Shown: in pieces, positions 1 through 10,800 of the stretch | How positions within the stretch are numbered: position 1 is the stretch's first letter | Layout: each line of letters begins with the position of its first letter | Assembly (NCBI GenBank): GCA_963833225.1 | Contig: CAWHXD010000008.1 | Location: 544,001-608,000, forward strand | Length of the DNA stretch: 64,000 bases | From: an uncultured Chloroflexia bacterium | GTDB taxonomy: Bacteria; Chloroflexota; Limnocylindria; Limnocylindrales; CSP1-4 | Reading direction: 5' to 3' | Notes under the pieces: generated by a model | Told to the model about the DNA's origin: nothing | Seen by the model: only the letters and a program-made list of their open reading frames with translations | The model's database searches: none | Made by a program: the position numbers and the translations under genes

Positions 1-759
1 TTCCGCGGTCTCGACGAGGAGGACGGCGGCATCCACGAGGCGTGGACCCTGCTCTCGGCGCTGGCGGCGGTGACGGACCGGGCGGCCCTTGGCACGATCG
101 TGCTGGGCACCGGCTTCCGGCCGCCCGCGCTCACCGCGAAGATGGCGGCGACGCTCGATGAGGTGTCCGACGGCCGGCTCATCCTGGGGCTCGGCACGGG
201 CTGGCACGAGCCCGAGTACCGCGCGTTCGGCTACCCCTTCGACCACCGGGCCGGCCGGTTCGAGGAGACGCTCCAGATCATCGTCCCGCTGCTCCGGGGC
301 GAGCACGTGACGTTGGACGGCCAGTGGCACCAGGTGGAGGACGCCTTCCTGATCCCGCCGCCTCCCCGTCCCACGCGCCTTCCGGGCACGGTCCCCATCC
401 TGATCGCGGCCAAGGGCGAGCGCGTCCTGCGGCTGACCGCCCGCTGGGCCGATGCCTGGAACACGGCCTGGTTCGGTCTTCCCGACGAGCGGTTCGCCGG
501 GCGGCGCGCGGACCTGCGGGCCGCCTGCGAGGCCGAGGGTCGAGACCCGGGCACGCTCGAGGTCACCGTCGGGGTGTCCGTCGGCGAGGACGGGGCGTCG
601 AGCCTGCCGCTGGATGCGGACGCGGTGGCGCGAGCCCTCGACGCGTGGCGCGACGAGGGCGTCGGACACGTCCAGGTCTCGCTGGGAAGCGTCGATGAAC
701 GGACCGTGGAGGTGATCCTCGAGGCGCGCGCCCGGCACCTCGGCGAGACGGTTCCGTGA
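1..759 (+). CDS. LLM-class flavin-dependent oxidoreductase (5' truncated by window edge)
   Basis: Frame is open from base 1 (FRGLDEEDGGIHEAWTLLSALAAVT...); LLM motifs AKMAATLDEVSDGRLILGLGTGW and ARWADAWN. Confidence 0.9.
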   Translation, partial: FRGLDEEDGGIHEAWTLLSALAAVTDRAALGTIVLGTGFRPPALTAKMAATLDEVSDGRLILGLGTGWHEPEYRAFGYPFDHRAGRFEETLQIIVPLLRGEHVTLDGQWHQVEDAFLIPPPPRPTRLPGTVPILIAAKGERVLRLTARWADAWNTAWFGLPDERFAGRRADLRAACEAEGRDPGTLEVTVGVSVGEDGASSLPLDADAVARALDAWRDEGVGHVQVSLGSVDERTVEVILEARARHLGETVP

Positions 760-1586
760 CGGGCGCGCCCGGGGAGCCGCCGAACGAGCCCCGAGCCGTG
801 CCGCCGGAGGAGCCGCTGCCCGAGCACGTCGCCATCAACCGGGCGTGGTGGGATGACGAGGCGGCGCGGTACGTCGAGCCTGGCGAGCGCGCGTGGCGGA
901 CGCAGCCCGGCGACGAGGACTGGGGCATGTTCGACGTGCCCGAGTCGGAGCTGCGGATGCTCCCCGACGATCTCGCGGGCCTCGACGCGATCGAGCTCGG
1001 CTGCGGCACGGCGTACGTGTCGGCGTGGATGGCGCGGCGTGGGGCCAGGCCGGTGGGGATCGACAACTCCGCGAAGCAGCTCGAGACGGCCGCCCGCCTC
1101 CAGCGGGAGCACGGGATCGAGTTCCCGCTCATCCATGGGAACGCGGAACGGGTCCCCTACCCCGACGCCTCGTTCGACTTCGCGATCAGCGAGTACGGCG
1201 CGGTCCTGTGGGCCGACCCGGAGGCGTGGGTGCCCGAGGCCGCCCGCCTGCTGCGCCCGGGTGGCCGGCTCCACGTCCTGACCAACCACGTGCTCTCCAT
1301 CCTCGCGACCGCCGAGGATGCGGGCGACGACGACCCCATCGAGGAGCGTCTGGCGCGCAGCGCCTTCGGGCCGGCCCGCGTGGCGTGGCCGGACGGCAGC
1401 AGCGTGGAGTTCCATCCGTCGCACGGGGAATGGATCCGCCTGTTCCGGTCGGCCGGCTTCGAGATCGAGGCCCTGCTGGAGCCACAGGCGCCCGAGGGGG
1501 CCACGACCCGGTACGCCTGGGCGCCGTATGCGTGGGCTCGCCGGTGGCCGATCGAGGAGGTCTGGAAGGTCCGCAAGCGCGGCTGA
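756..1586 (+). CDS. Class I SAM-dependent methyltransferase
   Basis: Motif I IELGCGTA, FDFAISEYG, LLRPGG; GTGA overlap with upstream gene. Confidence 0.9.
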   Translation: MTGAPGEPPNEPRAVPPEEPLPEHVAINRAWWDDEAARYVEPGERAWRTQPGDEDWGMFDVPESELRMLPDDLAGLDAIELGCGTAYVSAWMARRGARPVGIDNSAKQLETAARLQREHGIEFPLIHGNAERVPYPDASFDFAISEYGAVLWADPEAWVPEAARLLRPGGRLHVLTNHVLSILATAEDAGDDDPIEERLARSAFGPARVAWPDGSSVEFHPSHGEWIRLFRSAGFEIEALLEPQAPEGATTRYAWAPYAWARRWPIEEVWKVRKRG

Positions 1587-1668
1587 GCCGGGCGGTCGCC
1601 CGCCCGGCTCGAGGGTCCGCGGCTGGTGGCCCGGGGGAGTCGGCACCCAGGCTGGGTGGTCCGGCAGG

Positions 1669-2178
1669 TCAGCTTGCGACGTGGATCACCCGCTCGCAGT
1701 CGGCCGCCACGGTGTCGGTCGGACCGACGATCACGACATCCCAGCCGCGGCCACACGAGACCACGTCCGCCGCGTTGTCGTAGCCGACGGTGATGACGTC
1801 ATTGCCCGGGCCACCAAAGATGCGGTCACGGCCCCCACCACCGGTGATCGTGTCGCGGCCCTGGCCGCCGCGGATCCGGTCCGCGCCGCCGCCACCGCGG
1901 ATGACGTCCGGACCCGGGCCGCCGTAGAGCCGGTCGTCGCCCGCGTTGCCACGGAGCCGGTCCCGGCCGGCGTCGCCCCACAGCTCGTCATCGCCGGCGA
2001 GCCCGGTCAGCACGTCGTTCCCGGCCAGGCCGTGGATGACATCGGCCTCGGCGGTGCCTTCAAGCCGGTCGTTGTCCGGCGTGCCGTCGATGGTCGCGGC
2101 GAGCGTGGTCGCCGGGAGGGCGAGGGCCGCCAGCAGCGCCACCGCTGCGACTCCCCGCCGTGCAATGTGGATCGACAT
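1669..2178 (-). CDS. Secreted protein with RTX/hemolysin-type Ca-binding nonapeptide repeats
   Basis: Signal peptide MSIHIARRGVAAVALLAALALPATTLA followed by about 10 GxxGxDxLx repeats; C-terminal D-C-E motif. Confidence 0.85.
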   Translation of the reverse strand: MSIHIARRGVAAVALLAALALPATTLAATIDGTPDNDRLEGTAEADVIHGLAGNDVLTGLAGDDELWGDAGRDRLRGNAGDDRLYGGPGPDVIRGGGGADRIRGGQGRDTITGGGGRDRIFGGPGNDVITVGYDNAADVVSCGRGWDVVIVGPTDTVAADCERVIHVAS

Positions 2179-2386
2179 GGATCTGAGCCTCCGATTGATG
2201 GGCCCGGCCCCTCCGGGCAACACGCCAACCGTCGCGGCCGGGCCTGTGTGATGCCTGTGAACCAGCCACGAACGGGCGCACAAGCGGGCGCACGCGCCGG
2301 CAGGCCAAAACGGCTTGCATCGGGCGTCATGCGTGCCCCACCATGGGCCGAACGCGGTCGGGCCGAGACGAGGGAGACACAACCGC

Positions 2387-3388
2387 ATGACCATCGACAC
2401 GCCAGCCACCGGCTCAGCGGTTCCCGGCGAGGCTCGGGATCAGCGGCCGGTCGTCCTCGACGTCCGGGACCTGCGCAAGCGCTACGGCGCGATCGAGGCC
2501 GTCAAGGGCGTCTCGTTCCGGATCCACGAGGGCGAGACCTACGGGCTGCTCGGTCCCAACGGGGCGGGCAAGACGACGACGATCTCGATGGTCTGCGGGC
2601 TGCTCGCGAGCGACGCGGGCGAGGTGACGCTTGACGGCACGCCGATCGATGTCGGGGCGGTGGCGGCCAAGGCCGGCATCGGCTACGTGCCCCAGGAGCT
2701 GGCCATCTACCCCGATCTCTCCGCCCGCGAGAACCTCGTGTTCTTCGGCCGGCTGTACGGCCTGGGCGGGGCCGGGCTCAAGGCCCGGGTGGAGGAGGTC
2801 CTCGACCTGGTCGGGCTTGCCGAGCGTGGCAACGACCGCACGGACCGCTACAGCGGCGGCATGCAGCGCCGGCTCAACATCGGCATCGGGCTGCTCCACC
2901 GGCCACGCCTGCTCCTCCTCGACGAGCCCACCGTGGGCGTGGATCCCCAGAGCCGGAACGCGATCCTGGAGTCGATCGCGGCGCTCGGCCGGGAGGGCAT
3001 GGCCATCCTGTACACGACCCACTACATGGAAGAGGCGGAACGCCTGTGTGACCGGATCGGGATCATCGACGGTGGGGAGATCCGCGCGGAGGGGACCCAG
3101 AAGCAGCTGGTCACCCTCATCGGACAGCAGGAGCAGGTGCGGCTGACGCTCAACGGCGACGTCCTCGGGGCATCGCGGGCGGCGACCGCGGTCCCCGGCG
3201 TGACATCGGCAGGCGTGCTGGGCGACGTGCTCGAGGTCCTCACCGGCGACACCGGCCGCGTGCTGCCTCGGCTGCTCGTCGCCGTCGAGGGCGCCGGCGC
3301 CCATGTCCGGGGCGTGGAGCTCGTGGCGCCGGACCTCGAAGCCGTCTTCCTGCACCTCACCGGGCGCGCGCTGCGCGACGTCGAGTAG
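2387..3388 (+). CDS. ABC-2 exporter ATP-binding subunit (DrrA/LnrL-like)
   Basis: Walker A GPNGAGKT, YSGGMQRR, LLLDEPT; GGGAG RBS upstream of ATG at 2387. Confidence 0.92.
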   Translation: MTIDTPATGSAVPGEARDQRPVVLDVRDLRKRYGAIEAVKGVSFRIHEGETYGLLGPNGAGKTTTISMVCGLLASDAGEVTLDGTPIDVGAVAAKAGIGYVPQELAIYPDLSARENLVFFGRLYGLGGAGLKARVEEVLDLVGLAERGNDRTDRYSGGMQRRLNIGIGLLHRPRLLLLDEPTVGVDPQSRNAILESIAALGREGMAILYTTHYMEEAERLCDRIGIIDGGEIRAEGTQKQLVTLIGQQEQVRLTLNGDVLGASRAATAVPGVTSAGVLGDVLEVLTGDTGRVLPRLLVAVEGAGAHVRGVELVAPDLEAVFLHLTGRALRDVE

Positions 3389-3403
3389 CGGGCGGGATCC
3401 GGC

Positions 3404-4607
3404 GTGCGCGTCATCCTGCTCGTCGCGGCGAAGGACCTGCGCCAGCGGATCCGCGATCGCACGGCGCTGCTCGTGTCCATCGTTGCCCCGCTCGGGCTGG
3501 CGGTCATCTTCAGCCAGCTGCTGGCCGGGACGTCCCACTTCGGGGCCGTCTACGTCGTCGCCGACATGGATGGCGGCGAGCTCGCCAGGATCCTGCGCCA
3601 GGACGTGCTCGGATCGCTCGAGAGCGACCCGGCGTTCACCATCACCGACGTCCCGACCGAGGCGGCTGCGCGTACCGCCGTCGAGGATGAGGTCGCCGAC
3701 GCGGCATTCATCGTCCCTCCCGGGTTCACGATGGCCATCTCGGCCGGACAGGCGGTGACCCTCGAGGTGGTCGGTGCACGCGATGCGGGTCTCGGGACCG
3801 AGGTGGCTCGGGCCTTGGCCCAGCGGTTTGGAGACGGGGTCGTGACCGTGCAGCTTTCGGTCGCCACCGCGAGGACGCTGGCCGGCGCGGCCGCGTCTCC
3901 GGGCGCCACGTCCGACCCGGCGCTCGATGGGCGGATCGTCGCGGCCGCCTCGACCGCGGCCCCGCCGGTCCGGATCGTGGACGACACCACGGACCTGCGC
4001 CAGCTTGCCCTCCCGACCTACTTCTCGGCGTCGATGGCCGATCATGTTCCTGTTCTTCTCGGCCCAGACGGGTCTGGTGAGCCTGTTCGAGGAACGGCGG
4101 CACGGAACCCTCGGGCGGATCCTGGCGGGGCCTGTCCGGCCGTGGACCGTGCTGGCGGGCAAGACGCTCGGCTCGTTCCTCCAGGCCACCGCCGCCATGA
4201 CCGTGCTGGTGATCGCCACCACACTGCTGATCGGGGCGGCGTGGGGACCACCGGTCGGCGTCGTGCTCATGGTCGGCGGTGCGATCACGGCGGCCATCGG
4301 GATATCGGCCCTGGTGATCTCGTTCACGCGCACCGCGGAGGCGGCCGGGGCCGCGAGCTCCGCCGTGGCCATCACGCTGGCCGTCCTCGGTGGCTCGTTC
4401 TCGCCGGCCGCGGCGCAGGCGCCGGACATCATGGCGACCGTGTCGCTGCTCACGCCGCACGGCTGGTTCCTGCGCGGCCTCGGTGAGATGCAGGGCGGCG
4501 GATCCGTCGTGGACGCACTGCCCGCCGTCGGGGTGCTGTTCGCGATGGGGCTGGTGACCGGGGTCATCGGCCTGCGACGGGCACGATCCGTGGTGCGGGC
4601 ACGATGA
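3404..4607 (+). CDS. ABC-2 exporter permease (frameshift near 4040)
   Basis: N-half in ORF 3404..4486 and C-half (MFLFF...EERRHGTLGRIL...TPHGW) in ORF 3927..4607 join into one permease. Confidence 0.85.
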
Positions 4608-5779
4608 CCGGCCTGACCAAGGTCGTCGCGATCGGATGGGCGAACCTGCTCCGCCAGGTCCGCGACCGGAGCGACCTGTTCTTCGTGTTCGTGCTGCCGA
4701 CGATCATCATCATCGCGCTCGGACTCCAGTTCGGCGGCACCTCCCGGGCGCGACTGGGGATCGTTGCCCCCGCCGGCGACACCGCGGCCGAGGAGCTGGT
4801 CACCACGCTCACGGCCGATGGGACCCGGTTCGACATCCGGCTGCTCACGGATGCCGCGACCCTCCGAGCAGAGGTCGAGCGCGGCCGGCTCGAGGCCGGC
4901 CTGCTGATCCCGGACGGGTTCAGCGCGGGGCTCGACGGGACGGGCACCGTCGAGGTCCGCTACCTGGGCACGACCGATTCGCTGACCGCCGGGCTCCGGG
5001 CCCCCATCGAGGCGGCCGTCGCGCAGCTTGGCGCGATCACCACGGCTACCCGGGTATCGGTGGCCGAGGGCCTCGGCACCCCGGACCAGGCCCGCGTCGC
5101 GGCCGTCGAGGCGTACGCGACTGTGCCCGGCGTCGAGGTGTCGGTGACGCAGGTCGGTGAGCCCGGGTTGTTCGCCGGGTTCTCGCAGTTCACCTTTGGC
5201 GCGTCGACCCAGCTGGTGCTGTTCACGTTCCTGACGTCGATGACCGCCGCCGGCCGGCTCGTGTACTCCAAGCAGCTCGGGATCTCGCGACGGATGACCG
5301 CCACCCCCACGTCGGCGTGGACCATCGTCGCCGGCGAGGCGCTGGGGCGGTACCTCGTCGCCGTCCTCCAGGCGGGCTACATCGTGGCCGTCACCGCCGT
5401 TGCGTTCAATGTCGCCTGGGGCGATCCATTCGCCGTCGCGGCGCTGATGGGCCTGTTCTGTCTCGTCGCTGCGGCCACTGCCCTGCTGTTCGGGGCCGTG
5501 TCGCAGAACGCCGACCAGGCCTCGTCACTGGGGGTCTTCGCGGGCCTTGCGCTGGGGGCGCTGGGCGGCTGCATGATCCCGTTCCAGATCATGCCCGCCG
5601 CGATGCAGTCGCTCGCCCGGCTGCTCCCCCACTCCTGGGCCCTGCTCGGGCTCCAGGAGCTGGTGACCACCGGCGAGGGCGTTGGCGCCGTGCTGCCGAA
5701 CATCGCGGTGCTCGCCGGGTTTGCCGTGGTGCTGATGGGCCTTGCCGGCTGGCGGTTCCGCAAGGCGATCACCGGGTAG
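4604..5779 (+). CDS. ABC-2 exporter permease
   Basis: Hydrophobic TM pattern, LGGCMIP...LLPHSW motif; ATGA overlap with previous gene. Confidence 0.88.
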   Translation: MTGLTKVVAIGWANLLRQVRDRSDLFFVFVLPTIIIIALGLQFGGTSRARLGIVAPAGDTAAEELVTTLTADGTRFDIRLLTDAATLRAEVERGRLEAGLLIPDGFSAGLDGTGTVEVRYLGTTDSLTAGLRAPIEAAVAQLGAITTATRVSVAEGLGTPDQARVAAVEAYATVPGVEVSVTQVGEPGLFAGFSQFTFGASTQLVLFTFLTSMTAAGRLVYSKQLGISRRMTATPTSAWTIVAGEALGRYLVAVLQAGYIVAVTAVAFNVAWGDPFAVAALMGLFCLVAAATALLFGAVSQNADQASSLGVFAGLALGALGGCMIPFQIMPAAMQSLARLLPHSWALLGLQELVTTGEGVGAVLPNIAVLAGFAVVLMGLAGWRFRKAITG

Positions 5780-5952
5780 CGCCGGACCGGGAGGGTGGCT
5801 TGCGCCCCGCCGGCACCGCCGCGGCGCACCCCGGGGGGGCGCCTGCCTCCCGGCACCGCCGCGGCGCATCCCTCGCCGGCCCAGGCGCACCCCTCGCCGG
5901 GCCGAGGCGCCCGTCTCCGCCGCACCCCTCCGCCCGCCCCGCGCAGGCCCGA

Positions 5953-6224
5953 AAGATCACCACCCGTGATCAACAACGGGAATTCCGCCGGCCCCTGGCG
6001 AGATCTCGGTAAGACGATCAGCAGTGGTGATCTTCTCGCGTGAATCGCCCCTCGATTCGCGTGAACCGGGGAGTCGGAGGCCTGCAAGCCCGTCGCTGAT
6101 CAGCAGTCGTGATCGTCTCGCGTGAATCACGGCCCCCGGCCGGGGCGTGACGGATCGAGGCCCGTGGTCGTGCCGCGGCCGCTCACGGCCCCCGGCCGGG
6201 GCGTGACGGATCGAGGCCCGTGGC
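5953..6224. repeat. Intergenic REP-like cluster: 82-bp inverted/direct module plus ~41-bp direct repeat
   Basis: aagatcacca (5953) is inverted to tggtgatctt (ends 6034); gatcagcagtSgtgatcKtctcgcgtgaatc at 6016 and 6098; tcacggcccccggccggggcgtgacggatcgaggcccgtgg twice (about 6127 and 6183). Confidence 0.75.
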
Positions 6225-6326
6225 CGTGCCACGGCGGGGCGCGGCTCGAATCCGGGCCGCTTGCACCCCGGCGCCCTGTCGCATATGCTTCACGCCGCAT
6301 TGATCTTCTACCCAAGACAAAGGGCT

Positions 6327-6884
6327 ATGGACCGTCAGGCAACCCTCTCGCACATCCTCGAGGAGCTGGGCACGCACAGCCCGGCGCAGGCGATGCACAA
6401 CATGCGGCACTGGCCGGGCGGCCGCATGTCGCTCGTCCATCTCAACGTGCTGTTCATCCTCGAGGCCGACGGCCCGCTGCCGATGCGTGGCCTCGCCGAA
6501 GCGATGGACGTGAGCCAGGCGAGCGCGACCGGCATCGTGGACCGGATGGAGCAGCGCGGTCTGGTCGAGCGCCAGCGCGATGACGAGGACCGCCGTGTGG
6601 TCCGGGTCGCCATCACGGACGAGGGCCTGCAGCTGGTCGCGAGCATGGCCAACGAGCGTCGCGAACACCTCGTGCAGATGCTCGGCGAGTTCACCGACGA
6701 TGAGCTTGCCGCCTTCCTGACCGGTGCCCTCGCCATGCGACGGGCCCGGGAGCGCCTCTACGCGGCAGCCCACGACCCGGCCCACGACCCGGCGACCCGC
6801 AACCCAGGGGCCCACGACCCGGCGGCCCACGACTCGGCCCACCACCAAGACCCCAGGCCAGACCCGCAGGAGACGTCGCGATGA
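6327..6884 (+). CDS. MarR family transcriptional regulator
   Basis: ASATGIVDRMEQRGLVERQRDDEDRRVVRVAITDEG winged-helix motif; overlaps the downstream ABC gene. Confidence 0.92.
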   Translation: MDRQATLSHILEELGTHSPAQAMHNMRHWPGGRMSLVHLNVLFILEADGPLPMRGLAEAMDVSQASATGIVDRMEQRGLVERQRDDEDRRVVRVAITDEGLQLVASMANERREHLVQMLGEFTDDELAAFLTGALAMRRARERLYAAAHDPAHDPATRNPGAHDPAAHDSAHHQDPRPDPQETSR

Positions 6885-8608
6885 TCCCCATCCTCCGCCG
6901 GTATCTCGCGCCGTACCGGTGGCCGATCGTGCTGGTGGTCGTGCTGCTGCTGATCCAGGCGATCGCCAACCTGTACCTGCCGGAGCTCAACGCGGACATC
7001 ATCAACAACGGCGTCGCCAAGGGCGACACGGACTACATCCTGCGCACCGGCGGCTTCATGCTCGTGGTCACCTTCGCGCTGATGATCGCCTCGATCATCG
7101 CCGTGTTCTTCAGCGCCAGGGTCGCGATGGGCTTCGGGCGCGACGTGCGCTCGGCGATCTTCCGCACGGTGGAGACCTTCAGCCAGGTGGAGGTCAACCA
7201 TTTCGGTGCGGCGAGCCTGATCACCCGCAACACGAACGATGTCCAGCAGATCCAGCAGGTTGTCCTGCTGGCGCTGAACATGATGATCAGCGCCCCGATC
7301 CTCACCGTGGGCGGCGTGATCATGGCCCTCCGCCAGGACGTGCCCCTGACCGGGATCCTGCTCGTGATCATCCCGATCATGACCGTGCTCATCCTGGTCG
7401 TGATGAGCCGCGCGATCCCGTTGTTCCAGGCGATGCAGCGCAAGCTCGACCGCATCAACCTGGTGATGCGCGAGAAGCTGACCGGCATCCGGGTGATCCG
7501 GGCGTTCGTGCGCACGGAGTTCGAGGAGGAGCGCTTCGACGTCGCGTCGCTCGACCTCATGGACACGGGCCTGCGCGTGAACCGCCTGTTCGCGATCACG
7601 ATGCCGGCCCTGATGCTGATCATGAACCTGTCGACCGTCGCGGTCCTTTGGCTCGGCTCCTACCGGGTCGACTCGGGCGAGATGCCGATCGGCAATCTGA
7701 CCGCGTTCCTGCAGTACATCATCCAGATCCTGTTCGCGATCATGATGGCGGTGATCATGTTCGTGATGGTCCCCCGTGCGGCCGTCTCCGCGGGGCGCAT
7801 CCGCGAGGTCCTCCAGACGGAGCCCTCGATCTTTGACCCGCCCACGCCCATCTCTCCCGAGCGTCGCGGCCGGGTGGAGTTCCACGACGTGGAGTTCCGT
7901 TATCCGGGCGCCGAGGAGCCCGTGCTCACGCACATCTCCTTCGTGGCCAACCCCGGTGAGACGACGGCGATCGTCGGCTCCACCGGCTCCGGCAAGTCCA
8001 CCCTGGTCAACCTGTTGCCACGGCTCTACGACGCCACCGGCGGCGAGGTGCTGGTCGATGGCGTCAGCGTCCGCGACATGGATCGCCAGGACCTGTGGCG
8101 CCGGATCGGCATGGTGCCCCAGAAGGCATTCCTGTTCGGTGGCACGGTCGGCAGCAACGTGCGCTACGGCGATGAGCAGGCAACCGACGACGAGGTGTGG
8201 CGAGCCCTCCAGATCGCGCAGGGTCGCGACTTCGTCTCGGAGATGGCCGAGCAGCTGGAGGCGCCGATCACCCAGGGCGGAACCAACGTCTCGGGCGGCC
8301 AGCGCCAGCGCCTCGCGATCGCCAGGGCGCTCGCGAGAAAGCCGGACATCTACGTCTTTGACGACAGCTTCAGCGCCCTCGACTTCCGGACCGATGCCCG
8401 CCTGCGGGCGGCAATCGGCCGGGAGCTGGGCGGAGCGACGGTGATCATCGTCGCCCAGCGCGTCGGGACCATCCTCCACGCCGACCGGATCGTCGTCCTG
8501 GAGAACGGCGGGGTCGCCGGGATCGGCACCCACGATGAGCTGATGACCACCTGCGAGACGTACCGCGAGATCGTCCTGTCCCAGGTCACCGAGGAGGAGG
8601 TCGCATGA
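6881..8608 (+). CDS. Heterodimeric multidrug ABC exporter, subunit A (TM287-like)
   Basis: TMD + NBD; GSTGSGKST, VSGGQRQR, degenerate Walker B FDDSFSALD. Confidence 0.93.
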   Translation: MIPILRRYLAPYRWPIVLVVVLLLIQAIANLYLPELNADIINNGVAKGDTDYILRTGGFMLVVTFALMIASIIAVFFSARVAMGFGRDVRSAIFRTVETFSQVEVNHFGAASLITRNTNDVQQIQQVVLLALNMMISAPILTVGGVIMALRQDVPLTGILLVIIPIMTVLILVVMSRAIPLFQAMQRKLDRINLVMREKLTGIRVIRAFVRTEFEEERFDVASLDLMDTGLRVNRLFAITMPALMLIMNLSTVAVLWLGSYRVDSGEMPIGNLTAFLQYIIQILFAIMMAVIMFVMVPRAAVSAGRIREVLQTEPSIFDPPTPISPERRGRVEFHDVEFRYPGAEEPVLTHISFVANPGETTAIVGSTGSGKSTLVNLLPRLYDATGGEVLVDGVSVRDMDRQDLWRRIGMVPQKAFLFGGTVGSNVRYGDEQATDDEVWRALQIAQGRDFVSEMAEQLEAPITQGGTNVSGGQRQRLAIARALARKPDIYVFDDSFSALDFRTDARLRAAIGRELGGATVIIVAQRVGTILHADRIVVLENGGVAGIGTHDELMTTCETYREIVLSQVTEEEVA

Positions 8609-10614
8609 GCGGGCCGATGGGCCGCCCCATGGGTCCCGGCTCCGGCCGGCCCCGGCCCGGCAGCGGTCCCGGAAGCGGGCCTCCCCACATGGCGATGATG
8701 ATGCCCACCGCAAAGGCATCGAACTTCCGGGCATCGTTCATCCGGCTGATGCGCGAGCTCGGCCCGGAGCGGCTGCTGGTGGGAACGGTGTTCCTCCTGG
8801 GCGTCGTCAGCGTGTTCCTCGTGATCATCGGGCCCAAGATCCTGGGCGAAGCGACGAACGTCATCTTCGAGGGCGTCGTCGGCGTCCAGCTGGGCAAGAT
8901 CCCGGGCGTCGAGAACCTCTCGATCGACCAGATCGTCGCCGGGCTCCGCGCCCAGGGCCAGACCAACATGGCGGACATGCTGGCCTCGATGCCCAACGTG
9001 GTGCCCGGCCAGGGCATCGATTTCGGTCGCCTGACGCCCATCCTTGGGATCGTAGCCGGGATCTACGTGGCCAGCTCGCTGTTCAGCTGGGCCCAGAGCT
9101 ACATCATGGCCGGCGTCACCCAGCGGACCGTCTACCGGCTCCGTGGCCGCATCGACCACAAGCTCGGCCGGCTGCCGCTGGCGTACTTCGACCGCGAGAG
9201 CCGCGGCGACATCCTGTCGCGCGTGACCAACGACATCGACAACATCAGCCAGACGCTCCAGCAGAGCCTGACGCAGCTGATCACCTCGCTGCTCACCGTG
9301 GTCGGCGTGCTGATCATGATGCTCACCATCAGCCCGATCCTGGCGGCCATCTCCCTGCTCGCGGTGCCGGCCTCGATGGCCGTCGCGATGGTGATCGCGA
9401 AGCGGTCCCAGAAGGAGTTCGCCGCCCAGTGGGAGCGGACGGGCAACCTGAACGGCCACATCGAGGAAATGCACACCGGGCACGCCATCGTGAAGCTGTT
9501 CGGCCACCAGGACGAGGCGATCACCGAGTTCGATCGCCGCAACCAGGAGCTCTACCAGGCCAGCTACCGGGCACAGTTCCTGTCCGGGATGATCCAGCCG
9601 GCCATGACCTTCATCTCCAACCTCAACTACGTGGCGATCGCGGTCATCGGCGGTGTGCGCGTGGCCACCGGCACGTTGAGCCTGGGCGACGTCCAGGCGT
9701 TCATCCAGTACAGCCGCCAGTTCACGATGCCGATCATCCAGACCGCATCGATCGCGAACGTCCTCCAGAGCGCGGTCGCCTCCGCGGAGCGCGTGTTCGA
9801 GCTCCTCGATGAGCCCGAGGAGATCCCCGACCCGCGCCCCGCCACGGTCATCGTCGAGCCGGCTGCCGGTCGCGTGACCTTCGAATCGATCTCGTTCCGC
9901 TACGAGCCGGACAAGCCGCTGATCGACGATCTCTCGCTCGCGGTGGAGCCCGGCCAGACCGTGGCGATCGTCGGCCCGACGGGCGCCGGCAAGACCACGC
10001 TCGTCAACCTGCTCATGCGCTTCTACGACGTGCAGGGCGGCCGGATCACGGTCGACGGCATCGAGACACGCGAGGCAACCAGGGACAACCTGCGCCGGAC
10101 GTTCGGGATGGTGCTCCAGGATGCGTGGCTGTTCAACGGCACCATCCGGGAGAACATGGTGTATGGAGCCGAGGGCGAGGTCCCGGAGGAAGCGTTCCTC
10201 GCAGCCGCAGAGGCCGCCCACGTGGACCACTTCGTGCGGACGCTCCCCGATGCCTACGAGACCGTGCTGGACGACGAGGCCTCGAACGTGTCCGCGGGCG
10301 AGAAGCAGCTCCTGACCATCGCCCGGGCGTTCCTGGCCAACCCGCCGATCCTCATCCTCGATGAGGCGACGAGCTCCGTGGACACCCGCACCGAGGTGCT
10401 GATCCAGCGCGCGATGTCCAGGCTCATGAAGGGCCGGACCTCGTTCGTGATCGCGCACCGCCTGTCGACGATCCGCGACGCCGACATCATCCTCGTGATG
10501 AACGAGGGCAGCATCGTGGAGCAGGGCACGCACCAGGACCTGCTCGCGGCCAACGGCTTCTACCACGAGCTGTACGCGAGCCAGTTCGAGGAAGCGCTCG
10601 ACCCGGTGGCATAA
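8605..10614 (+). CDS. Heterodimeric multidrug ABC exporter, subunit B (TM288-like)
   Basis: TMD + NBD; GPTGAGKTT, SAGEKQ, ILDEATSSVD, IAHRLST. Confidence 0.93.
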   Translation: MSGPMGRPMGPGSGRPRPGSGPGSGPPHMAMMMPTAKASNFRASFIRLMRELGPERLLVGTVFLLGVVSVFLVIIGPKILGEATNVIFEGVVGVQLGKIPGVENLSIDQIVAGLRAQGQTNMADMLASMPNVVPGQGIDFGRLTPILGIVAGIYVASSLFSWAQSYIMAGVTQRTVYRLRGRIDHKLGRLPLAYFDRESRGDILSRVTNDIDNISQTLQQSLTQLITSLLTVVGVLIMMLTISPILAAISLLAVPASMAVAMVIAKRSQKEFAAQWERTGNLNGHIEEMHTGHAIVKLFGHQDEAITEFDRRNQELYQASYRAQFLSGMIQPAMTFISNLNYVAIAVIGGVRVATGTLSLGDVQAFIQYSRQFTMPIIQTASIANVLQSAVASAERVFELLDEPEEIPDPRPATVIVEPAAGRVTFESISFRYEPDKPLIDDLSLAVEPGQTVAIVGPTGAGKTTLVNLLMRFYDVQGGRITVDGIETREATRDNLRRTFGMVLQDAWLFNGTIRENMVYGAEGEVPEEAFLAAAEAAHVDHFVRTLPDAYETVLDDEASNVSAGEKQLLTIARAFLANPPILILDEATSSVDTRTEVLIQRAMSRLMKGRTSFVIAHRLSTIRDADIILVMNEGSIVEQGTHQDLLAANGFYHELYASQFEEALDPVA

Positions 10615-10620
10615 GGCCTC

Positions 10621-10765
10621 GGCCCGGGCTCGCCGCGGGACTCGCCGCCCGACGCGGGACTCGGCCCTGGGCCCGGGCTCGCCGCGGGACTCGCCGCCCG
10701 ACGCGGGACTCGGCCCTGGGCCTGGCTGCGGCGGGCCTAGACTCGCCGCCCAACGCGGGACTCGG
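10621..10765. repeat. GC-rich tandem repeat (49-bp unit, 2 copies plus a partial)
   Basis: ggcccgggctcgccgcgggactcgccgcccgacgcgggactcggccctg at 10621 and 10670. Confidence 0.8.
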
Positions 10766-10800
10766 CGCCCAGCGGCCGCTGTCGGCCATCGGCCGCTGTC

